Made by a program: the position numbers and the translations under genes. A stretch of DNA of 64,000 nt from Basidiobolus meristosporus CBS 931.73 (Eukaryota; Fungi; Basidiobolomycota). Numbering within the stretch: position 1 is the stretch's first letter; every line of letters begins with the position of its first letter. Location: contig MCFE01000203.1 of assembly GCA_002104905.1 (NCBI GenBank), forward strand, positions 1 through 64,000, written 5' to 3'. This document shows positions 48,451 through 59,887 of the stretch, piece after piece. Below the pieces are notes generated by a model. It saw only the letters and a program-made list of their open reading frames with translations. It was not told where the DNA came from and ran no database searches.

Positions 48451-51400
48451 TGTTACAAGTCTTGGTATAAGAGTTGTAGAGGAATAGGGAGTTTAGCTAG
48501 TATTGTATTCACTAAAACTTGAACTGATTTTTATTGAGGTTCCAGCAGCTCCTTATATACATTTTGCCAGATCAATTGCTGACTAATTGTATTCCCTAAT
48601 GTAGGTTGTGGCTGATGACTCATTTGATTGCATCATCATCACCCAATAAGATCCTACTTAATATATCTATTTCTGCCTGATAAGGATCTGCTGATTCATT
48701 TGCTGACTAATGCCACTGATTTCATAGATAATACTGATATACTGATAACCTAAGCATATACTAATTGATTTGACTAAAAACTGATCTAACTTAAACATTC
48801 AAGCGGCAGATCATAACATTCTCCCCTACTAAAGTTGAGAGGGTTCTCCTGAATCTCTTTTCTTGTGATACCAATATCTTGATGGTTCAGTATTATCAGC
48901 AAGTCTTGCACGCTTGAGTCTGTCCCTATGCACTAAGTCTTCCCGGATATTACCTTGTTTGTCCACCAGTTGGTAAGTTGCAAATGGACATTCTCTGATG
49001 ATCTTGAATGGTCCTGTCCATTGTGGCTCAAACTTCTTCCAAGTGTTGTTTCTTAGCAATACAAAGTTCCCAACTGTCAATGCTTCTGGTGCTATAGTCT
49101 TATCAAATCTCTGCTTCATCTTTTCTGCACTTTGAGATACTTTGGTCTGTGCCTCTTGACGTCTTTGTTCCAGTTGCTGGTGTCTACTTGGCTGACTGAG
49201 CTCATCTTCTAAGGTGTCTGTAAGCTTTGGTTGTGTGAGATCTCCTGGAATTCTTGGTTCACATCCATAAACTAAGTAAAATGGTGATTGCTGGGTGGTG
49301 TTGTGTACTCTGACTCTGCATGCAAAGAGTGCTTGGTCTATATACTTGTCCCATCTACTGACAACTCCATTTGCATACTTGGTCAGCATTTTTCCAAATA
49401 ATCCATTAAACCGCTCAGTGACTCCATTAGTTCTGGGGTGATATGCCAAGGTTTTCAAGTGTCTGATCTGCTGCATTTCCAGGTAAGCCTCTAATGTCTT
49501 TGCCATAAAGTTTGCACCTCTATTGGATAAGATCTCCACAGGGCATCCAAACTTCATCAGGATCTCATGGTAAATGAAACTTGCAACTTCTTGTTCACTG
49601 GCTATTGGTACAGCTTTAGCAACTGGCCATTTAGTGGCATGGTCAATAGCTACTAGGATCCAACGGTTGCATTTCCTGGTAGTTGGCAGTCTTCCAATAA
49701 AGTCAATTCCCCATCTCTCAAATGGTCTTACAGGCTCCAAAGGGAAGAGTTTGGCAATTCTTTGTGGCTGGCCTTGATTGATTTGGCAGTTTGGGCATGT
49801 TTTCACTAGCTTCTCAATATCTTGTTTCATTCTGGGCCACCATGCTCTGGCTTTCACAAGGCTATAGGTTCCTTCAATCCCAAGGTGTCCATATCCATTG
49901 TGTAGCTTATGTATTAAATCCAGGTGAGGAACATAAGAACAATAGGCAATAGGGCTTCCATCAACAATTTGGTAGAGTGTTTCATCCTGTACAACAAATT
50001 TGGTGGCTTCATCACGGATTATCTTCTTGATATCTTCATCCACCTCATTAGGAATGGCTTGGTCCTCCAAGTACTTTGGTAATAGGCTAGGCCAATCTGA
50101 TTCATGCACCAAGTTGAGTTGTGCTACTTGATCTAATCTTGATAAGGCATCAGCAACCGTGTTGTTTTTTCCTGGGCAGTAGACAATCTCCAGGTCAAAT
50201 TACTGAATGTATTCACTCCATCTTGTCATTCTTCTAGAGAGTACCCTCTGAGTAAATATATACTTGAGGGAGGCATGATCAGTCTTCACAGTGCATTTGA
50301 CTCCTTCAATATAGCATCTCCATTTCTTCAAACAGTGTATTATAGCAAGCATCTCCTTCTCAAGGACTGGATAGTTTTGTTCTGCTGAGTTCAGTTTCTT
50401 GGATTCAAAGGCAACAGGGTAGTCCTTTCCCTTGTGTTCTTGGCTCAGCACTCCACCAATTGCATAATCTGAAGCATCTGTGCACAAAGTGAACTCTTTT
50501 CTGAAGTCTGGTATTCTTAGGCTTGGCAGCTTAGCAAGTTCATTCTTGAGCGTCTGGAAGGCAGTCTCACAAGCTATGTCCCACTTGTAGGTATTGTCTT
50601 TCTTGAGGATATCAGTTAAAGGGGCTGCAATACTTGCAAAAGACTTGACAAATCTCCGATAATAGGAAACCATTCCAAGGAATGATCGGAGTTCTGATAT
50701 GCTATGGGGCTGCTTCAAATTCTTGATTACTTCCACCTTCTTTGGGTCTAAGGTTACTCCTGTGCTCGTCACTATGTGTCCCAGGTATTCAACGTGCTCC
50801 TTGAAGAATTCACACTTGGCTAGCTTGCCATATAGCTTGTTCTCTCTTAGTTTCTTCAAGACCTTTTCAATGTGCACTACGTGATCCTCTTCTGTCTTGC
50901 TGTATATCAATATGTCATCCAGGTAGATTATCACAAACTTGTCTAAGTACTCCTGAAAGACAGTCTGCATCAGCGTCATGAGTGTTGCAGGGGCATTAGT
51001 GAGGCCAAAACTCATGACTAGGTACTTGTAATGTCCATATCTGGTCCTAAATGCTGTCTTAGGAATATCTTCTGGTTTCACCCTAATTTGGTTGTATCAT
51101 GACATGAGGTCAATCTTACTGAAAATAGTGGCTCCATTAAGTTGGTCCAAAAGCTCATCAATCCAAGGTATGGGGTACTTATTCTTGACGGTAACTGAGT
51201 TCAGGGCTCTGTAGTCAATGCACATCCAAAGTGTTCCATCCTTCTTTTTCACAAAAAGCACTGGTGCTCCCCAGGGTGACTTGCTGGGCCTGATGTATCC
51301 TTGCTCCAATAGCTGATCAATTTGTCTCTTCATTTCCTCCAATTCCAATGGACTCATTCTGTAAGGTGTCTTGCTCACTAGAGGGCTATCTCCTGTGTCA

Positions 51401-53387
51401 ATGGCATGATCCACGTCTCTGACTGGTGGTAGGCTTACAAGCTCATCTGGAAACACGTCTGAATATTTCTTCAAGAGAGTCTGGACCTGCTGGGGTGCTG
51501 GGGTAGAGGAATCCTCCTGTAATACCGCCATGAGGAACATCTCGGTACCTTTTCTAAGTGCTCTACAGAACTGGGTCTTGCTAAGTTCACTTGTCTTACA
51601 CACACTGGAATTGACCAAGTTGAAATCCAGCCTGGCAGGTAATAGCTCATAGGTCTTGTTGTCTTTTTGGATCTGAGTAGCATGGGTTCTCCAGTTGATT
51701 GATGGATTACAACAAAATAGCCAGGTTTTCCCAAGTATAAGGTCAAGCTTGCAGTTCCCAAATATATACGCCTGTAGGTCTTCTTCATAGTTATTGATCT
51801 TCATTCTTACTGGCTGGGTAATACGGTTGATTATGTGGGAGTTCCCATCAGCTGTGGAGACTGAAGTTGATTTGGTAGGTTCCGAGTTGATTCCAGCTTT
51901 CAAAGCAAATTGCTCTGACATGTACTCATGCGATGCTCCTGAGTCAATCATGATCTTGGCAGGTACCCCATTGATTACTCCATTCAAGTACAATAACTTC
52001 CCTGAGTTTGAAGTCATTTGGGACAAGTACTCTTCTGTCATATAGAAGGTGAGTTCCGAGTCTTCTTCAAGCTCATCTTCCACATTACTGTGTTCATGGG
52101 ACTCAATATGGTTGAAGGTTCTTGTTGGCTGGTGTCCATTTCTTCTCTGAGGGCAGTACTTTGCAATATGTCCCTGCTGGTGGCAATTGAAGCAAAGTCC
52201 TCTCTTCTTGCATTCTTCTGAGGAGGGATTCTTCTGCATAGCATCTATTTCCATTGGTACTGCTTCTGATTGTCTTCTTTCATAATGATTATAGCCTTTC
52301 TGATTAGTCACTGTAGGCTTCCCAACTCCAAACATAGCTGAGTCATAGTCAATGGCAATCTTGATGGCCTCTTCAATAGCCTGAGGTCTTTGGTAATTGA
52401 CTTCCTTGCGAGTTCTTTCTTTCAACCCATCAATAAAGTGTTCAACTTGATCCAAGGGGTCTATTCTTTCAATTTGCCCAAGTAGACATCTGTACTCATA
52501 GATGTATTCTTGCACCATTCCTTTCTGTCTGAGTGTCTTTAACTTCCTTCTTAGTAGTGTCTGCTGATGTGGAGGTTCAAAAGCATCCTGAATTTCCGAC
52601 GCAAACTCATCCCAGGTAGAGATTGTAGAGCATCCCATCATAATAGCTGACCTGATCTTGTTGTGGTACCACTGTAAAGCTGCATCTGCCAGGTAAGAAG
52701 CTGCATAATGCAACTTGCTCTCTGGAGCAATCCCTTTAGCTTTAAAAGCTTCTTCAATCTGAAAGAGTCAAGTTCCCAGGTTTTCATTGACTCTGCCATG
52801 GTACCGGTTGACCTTCACACTAAAGTTGCTCTTGACAGGGCTTTGCTGGCTCTGAGCCATGGTAGTCATTCCTTGTTGCTGTTGGCTGAGGATCTGGAGT
52901 AGCTGTTGCTGTTGGGCCAGGATTTGCTGCACGGCATTCTTCCATTCTTGATTGTCCGACATCTTGAGGGTGGTTTCTTCTTTCTTCAGGAGGGAGGTTT
53001 CTGGTTATTGCTGCTACCAATGTTACAAGTCTTGGTATAAGAGTTGTAGAGGAATAGGGAGTTTAGCTAGTATTGTATTCACTAAAACTTGAACTGATTT
53101 TTATTGAGGTTCCAGCAGCTCCTTATATACATTTTGCCAGATCAATTGCTGACTAATTGTTTTCCTAATGTAGGTTGTGGCTGATGACTCATTTGATTGC
53201 ATCATCATCACCCAATAAGATCCTACTTAATATACCTATTTCTGTCTGATAAGGATCTGCTGATTCATTTACTGACTAATGTTACTGATTTCATAGATAA
53301 TACTGATATACTGATAACCTAAACATATACTAATTGATTTGACTAAAAACTGATCTAACTTAAACATTCAAGCGGCAGATCATAACA
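48451..53387 (-). mobile_element. Full-length Ty3/Gypsy LTR retrotransposon (copy Y1)
   Basis: LTRs 48451-48818 and 53021-53387 (about 7 substitutions + 1 indel), TSD acag/acag, PBS TGGTAGCAGC (iMet 3'-end type), PPT 48819-48828, domain order Gag-PR-RT-RH-IN. Confidence 0.95.
48829..52962 (-). pseudogene. Single-frame gag-pol of Y1 with three premature stops
   Basis: 4134 bp in one frame, with stops at 52768, 51097 and 50200. Motifs [38 protein letters not shown] and TERFN. Confidence 0.9.
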
Positions 53388-53528
53388 ACAGCAGTTTTCT
53401 TATTGGTAATCTTCTTGGCTATGATGGAATTCAGCCTGTTCAGGGCTGATGGCATTAATTGTGGATATCTGCAGCTTTTTTTGATGCTTCCCTCTTGCTG
53501 GTTTGGATAGACTTTTTTCTCTTTATCA

Positions 53529-56500
53529 CAACATTCTCCCCTACAACAGTAGAGAGGGTACTCCTGAGTTTCTTTTCTTGCAATACCAATATTTTAATGG
53601 TTTGGTATTGCTGGCAAGTCTTCCAAGCTTGAGTCTGTCTCTGTGAGCTGAAGCTTCCTGAATATTATCTGGTTTGTCCACTAGTTGGCTAGTTGCAAAT
53701 GTACACTCTCTGATGATCTTAGAAGGTTCTATCTGTTGTGGCTCAAGCTTCTTCTGAGTAGTGTTTGTTGGCAATATAAAGTTCCCAACTGTCAATGATT
53801 CTGATGGTATAGTTGTATCAAATATCTGCTTCTTCTTTTCTGCACCATGAGGTACTCTGGCCTGTGCCTCTTGACATCTTTGCTCCAGCTGCTGGTGTCT
53901 ACTTGGCTCACTGACCTCATCTTCTAAGGCATCTGTAAGCTTTGGTTGTGTGAGATCTCCTGGAATCCTTGGTTCACATCCATACACTGAGTAAAATGGC
54001 AATTGTTGGGTGGTGTTGTGTTCACTGACTCTGCATGCAAAGAGTGCTTGGTCTATTTACTCATCCTGTCTACTGACAGCTCCATTTGCATACTTGGTCA
54101 GCATTGATCCAAATAGTCCTTTAAACCACTCAGTGACTCCATTAGTTCTAGGGTGATAGGCTAAGGTTTTCAAGTGTCTGATGTGCTGCATTTCCAGGTA
54201 AGCTTCCAATGTTTTGCCATAAAGTTTGCTCCTTTGTTGGATAAAATCTCTACAGGGCATCCAAACTTGATAAGGTTCTGACTGTAGATGAAACTTGCAA
54301 CTTCTTGTTCACTAGCTACAGGTACTGCTTTAGCCACTGGCCATTTAGTGGCATGATTAATTGCTACTAGGATCCAACGGTTGCATTTCCTGGTGGTTGG
54401 CAGTCTTCCAATGAGATCAATTCCCCATCTTCAAATGGTCCTACAGGCTCCAAGGGAAAGATTTCAGCAATTCTCTATGGTTGGCCTTGGTTGATTTGGC
54501 ACTTTGGGCACTAGCTTCTCAATGTCTTGTTATATTCTGGGCCACCATGCTCTGCCTTTCACAAGGCTATAGGTTCCTTCAATACTAAGATGTCCAAATG
54601 CATCAAGTAGCTTATGTATTAAATCCAGGCAAGCAACATACCCTAAGAGAAATAACTGACAAAAGGCCAGCAAAATACCATCATAATATCAGCTGAATTC
54701 CAAGTTTTGCAAAATTGACAACTCTCAAAATCTGTGTTCTGAGTTGAAGGGCAGGCAAGTAAACAAGTTGTCCAGGGGGAGACTAGGCAAACTAGCATCC
54801 ATACCAAATTTAGTGATTAGCTGCTCATTACTTTCATCAAAAATTGCATTTGAAATTTTGAACCCAAAACACCAGCTGAATACCAGCAAAATACCTTCAG
54901 AATACCAGCAGAATACCAGCTAAAAATTAGATGAACTCCAAGTTTGAGACTTTTCATAGAGATAGGGGCAATAGGCAATAGGGCTTCCATCAACAATTGG
55001 GTAGAGTGTTTCATCATGTACCACAAATTTGCTGGCTTCATCCTGGATTATCTTCTTGATCTCTTCATCCACCTTAATAGGAATGGCTAGGTCCTCCAAG
55101 TACTTTGGTAATAGGCTAGGCCAATCTGATTCATACACCAAGTTGAGTTGTGCAACTTGTTCTAATCTTGATTAGGCATCAGCAACCATGCTGTTTTTCC
55201 CAGGGCAGTAAACAATCTCCAAATCAAATTGCTGAGTGTATTCACTCCATCTTATACTTCTAGAGGGTACCTTCTGAGTAAATATATACTTGAGGGAGGC
55301 ATGATCAGTCATCACAGTGAATTTAACTTTGTCAATATAGCATCTCCATGTCTTTAAGCAGTGTATCATAGCCAGCATCTCCTTCTTAGGCACTGGATAG
55401 TCTTATTCCCCTGAGTTCAGTTTCTTGGATTCAAAGGCAACTGCGTAGTCCTTTCCCTTGTATTCTTGGCTCAACACTCCACAACTTGCATAATATGAAG
55501 CACCTGTGCACAGAGTAAACTCTTTTCTGTAGTTCGGTATTCTTAAGCTTGGCAGCTTAGCAAGTTTATTTTTGAGCATCAGAAAGGCAGCCTTGCAGGC
55601 TATGTCCCACTTGTAGGTACTGTCTTTCTTGAGGATATCAGTTAAAGGGGTTGCAATACCTACAAAGGACTTGACAAATCTCTGATAATAGGAAACCAGT
55701 CCAGGAATGATCTGAGTTCTGATATGCTATGGGGCTGCTTCAGATTCTTAATAACTTCAACCTTCTTAGGGTCTAAAGTAACTCCTGTGCTAGTCACTAT
55801 GTGTCCCAGATGCTCATTGTGTTCCTTGAAGAATTCACACATGGGTAGCTTGCCATGAAGATTGTTCTCTCTTAGCTTCTTCAAGACCTTTTCAGTGTGC
55901 ACCAAGTGATCCTCTTCTTTCTTGCTGTATATTGATATGTCATCTAGGTAGATTATCACAAGCATGACTAAGTACTCTAGGAAGACAGTCTACATCAGGG
56001 CCATGAGTGTTGCAGAGGCATTGGTGAGGCCAAAACTCATAGCTAAGTACTTGTAAAGTACATATCTGACCCTGAATGCCATCTTAAGGATGTCTTCTGG
56101 CTTCACCCCAATCTGATTGTCTCCTAACATGAGGTCAATGTTGCTGCATATAGTGGCTCCATTGAGTTGGTCCAAAAGCTCATCAATCCAAGGTAGGGGG
56201 TACTTATTCTTTGCAGTAACTGAGTTGAGGGCTCTGTAGTCCATGCACATCCTGAGTGTTCCATCCATTTTTTTCACAAAGAATACTGGTGCTCTCTAAG
56301 GTGACTTACTGGGTCTGGACTATACTTGCTCCAGTAGCTGCTCTATTTGTCTCTTCATTGCTTCCAACTCCAATGGACTCATTCTATAAGGTGTCTTACT
56401 CACTGGGGGGCTATCTCCTGTGTCAATGGCATGATCCACATCTCTGACTGGCGGTAGGCTTAAAAGTTCCTCTAAAAATACGTCTGAATATTCCTTCAAA

Positions 56501-58410
56501 TGAGTCTGGACCTTCTGAGGTGCTGGAGTAGAGGAATCCTCTTGTAATACTGCCATGAGCAACATCTGGGTGCCTTGTCTAAGTGCTCTACAAAACTCTG
56601 TCTTGCTAAGCTCACTTGTGTCACACACACTGGAATTGACCAAGTTGATATACAGTCTGGCAGTTAATAGCTCATAGATCTAGTTGTCCTTTGGGAGCTG
56701 AGTGGCATGGGTTCTGCAGTTGATTGATGAATTGCCACAAAATAACCAGGTTTTCCCAAGTACAAGGTCAAACTTGCTGTTTCCAAATAGATAAATCTGT
56801 AGGTCTTCTTCATAGTTATTGATCTTCATACCTACTGGCTGCGTAATACAGTTAATTATGTGAGAGTTCCCACCAGCTGTTAAGACTGAAGTTGATTTGG
56901 TGGGTTCCTAGTTGATTCCAGCCCTCAAAGCAGATTGCTCTGACATGTACACATGCAATACTCCTGAGTCAATCACACTCTTGGCAGGTACTCCATTGAT
57001 TACTCCATTCAAGTATAATAGCGTCCCTGAGTTAGAGGTCATTGGGGATAGGTATTTTTCTGTCATATGGAGGTGAGATCTGAGTCTTCATTAAGCTTAT
57101 CATCCATGTTACTACACTCAAGGACTTCAACATGGTTGACGTTTCTTGATAGCTGGTGTCCATTTCTTCTCTGAGGGCAATACTTTGCAATATGTCCTTG
57201 ATGGTGGCAATTAAAGCAAAGTCCTTTCTTCTTGCACTCTTCTGAGGTAGGATTCTTCTCCACAGTCTCTATTTCCATTGGCACTGCTACTGATTGCCCT
57301 TTTTATAGTGATTGTGCCTCTCTGATTAGTTATTATGGGGTTCCCAACTCCAAACATAGCTGAGTCATAGTAAATGGAATTCTTGAAGGTTTCTTCAATA
57401 GTCTGTGGTCTTCAATAATTTACTTCCTTGCAAGTTCTTTCTTTCAACCCATCAATAATGTATTTCACTTGATCCAGGGGGTCCATTCAAATAATTTGTC
57501 AAAGTAGACGTCTATATTCATAGATGTACTTTTAAACTACTCCTTTCTGTTTGAGTGTCTTCAACTTTCTTCTTTGTAGTGTCAGCAGGTGTGGGGGTTC
57601 AAAAGTACATTGAATTTCTGACACATACTCATCCCAGGTAGAGATTGTAGAGCATCCCATCATGGTTGCTTAACTGATCTTGTTGTAGTACCACTTTAAA
57701 GCTGCATCTGCCAGGTAAGAGGCTGCATAATGTAAATTGCTTTCTGGAGCAATTCCCATAGCCTTGAAAGCTTCTTCAATCTGGAAGGGCCAAGTTCCCA
57801 GGCTTTCATTGACTCTACCATGGTACCAGTTGACCATCACACTAAAGTTGCTCTTGACAGGGTTTTGCTGGTTCTGCACCATGGTAATCATTGCTTGTTG
57901 CTGCTGGCTAAGGATCTGGAGTAACTGTTGCTGTTGGGCCAGGATTTGCTGCATAGCATTCTTCCATTCTTGATTTTCTGACATCATGGGGGAGGCTTCT
58001 TCTTTCTTTGGGAGCGAGGTTTCTGATAGTTGCTTCTACCAATGTTACAAATCTTGGTATAAGAGTTTCAGAGGAATAGGGAGTTTAGCTAGTATTGTAT
58101 TCACTAAAGCTTGAACTAATCTTTACTGAGGTTCCAGCAGCTCCTTATATACATTTTGACTCATCAATTACTGACTAACTGTACTTCCTAATGTAGGACG
58201 TGGCTGATGACTCATTTGATTGTGTCATCATCACCTATCAAGATTTGAATTACAATATCTAATTTGTCTGATAAGGATCTGCTGATTCATTTGCTGACTA
58301 ATGCTACTAATTTAATAAATAACACTGATATAATGACAGTCTTAACATGTAACTAATTGTTTTAACTAAAAGTTAATTTGACTTAAATATCTAAGCAATA
58401 GATCATAACA
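53529..58410 (-). mobile_element. Degenerate Gypsy copy Y2; 5' LTR at 58043-58410, 3' LTR reduced to a few bases
   Basis: Colinear with Y1 throughout, with many stops and frameshifts. The PPT ttctccccta at ~53534 is preceded only by (atca)caaca. Confidence 0.9.
54641..54961. mobile_element. 321-bp insertion in the Y2 integrase region with 3-bp TSD (ATA), CACTA-like non-autonomous element
   Basis: Absent from Y1. ata|ccctaagagaa...ttttcatagag|ata: ends match 8/11 as inverted repeats. Internal aataccagc repeats. Confidence 0.6.
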
Positions 58411-59887
58411 CTTTATCATTGCCAAGTGCTTTACTACTACTTGGACTGGGTGCTTCAAGTATGGTACTCTGTGCTCTCCTTGATTAATGTCTGGCTGGCG
58501 CATCTGCTTTTGCCTGCTGGTCACTTGCCAGTGTTATTATCTGCCACTTGAATGTTTAGGTAAGATCAGTTTTTAGTCAAACCAATTAGTTATATATTTT
58601 GCTTATCAATATATCAGTATTATCTATCAAATCAGTAGCATTAGTCAGTAAATGAATTAGCAGATCCTTATCAGACAGAAATAGATATATTAGGTGGGAT
58701 CTTATTGGGTGATGATGATGCTATCAAATGATTCACCAGCCACAGCCTACATTAGGAAATACAATTAGTCAGCAATTGATGTGGCAAAATGTTGGTAAGG
58801 AGCTGCTGGAACCTCAATAAAGATCAGTTCAAGTTTTAGTGAATACAATACTAGCTAAACTCCCTATTCCTCTGCAGCTCTTATACCAAGACTTGTAACA
58901 TTGGTAGCAGCAATGACCAGAAATATCCCTCCTGAAGAAAGAAGAAGCCTCCCTCAAGATGTCCAAATATCAAGAATGGAAGCATGCCATGCAACAAATC
59001 CTGGCATAGCGGCAACAGTTACTCCAGATCCTTAGCCAGCAGCAACAAGGAATGACTACCATGGCCCAAAGCCAGCAAAACCCTCTCAAGAGCAACTTTA
59101 GTTTGAAGGTCAGCTGGTACCATGGTAGAGTCAATGAAAACCTGGGAACTTGACTCTTCCAGATTGAAGAAGCTTTCAGGGCTATGGGAATTGCTCCAGA
59201 AAGCAAGTTACATTATGCAGCCTCTTACCTGGCAGATGCAGCTTTACAGTGGTACCACAACAAGATCAGGTCAACCACCATGATGGGATGCTCTACAATC
59301 TCTACCTGGGATGAGTTTGTATCAGAAATCCAGGATGCCTTTGAGCCCTCACACCAACAGACACTACTAAGAAGAAAGTTGAAGATACTCAGACAGAAAG
59401 GAATGGTCCAAGAGTACATCCATGAGTATAGATGTCTACTTGGGCAAATTGAAAGAATGGACCATCTGGATTGAGTTGAGTACTTTATTGATGGGTTGAA
59501 AGAATGAACTTGTAAGGAAGTGAATTATCAAAGACCTGAGACTTTTGAAGAAGCCATCAGGATTACCATTGACTATAACTCTTTTATGTTTAGAGTTGGG
59601 AACCCGATAATGACTAATCAGAGAGGCACAATCACTATAAAGAGGGCAATCAGAAGCAGTGCCAATGGAAATAGATACTGTGTATAAGAATCCTACCTCT
59701 GCAGAATGTAAGCAGAAAGGACTTTGCTTCAATTACCATCAGCAGGGACATATTGCAAAGTACTGCCCTCAGAGAAGAAATGGACACCAGCCATTAAGAA
59801 CCTTTAACCATATTGAGGCCCTGGAGCAAAGTAAGATAGAAGATGAACTTGAAGAAGTCTCAGAGCTCACCTTGCATATGACAGAAG

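Larger units (their letters stand above)
48091..58531 (-). pseudogene. Third, inverted copy of the CACTA ORF2 tail, cut into pieces (48091-48450, 53388-53528, 58411-58531) by Gypsy insertions
   Basis: The joined reverse complement aligns with 46850-47200 (agcaggcaaaa, tcaaggaga, aagtagtagt, gataaag|agaaaaag, ttccatcatagccaaga, acactctgg.aaggtagat). Confidence 0.7.
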
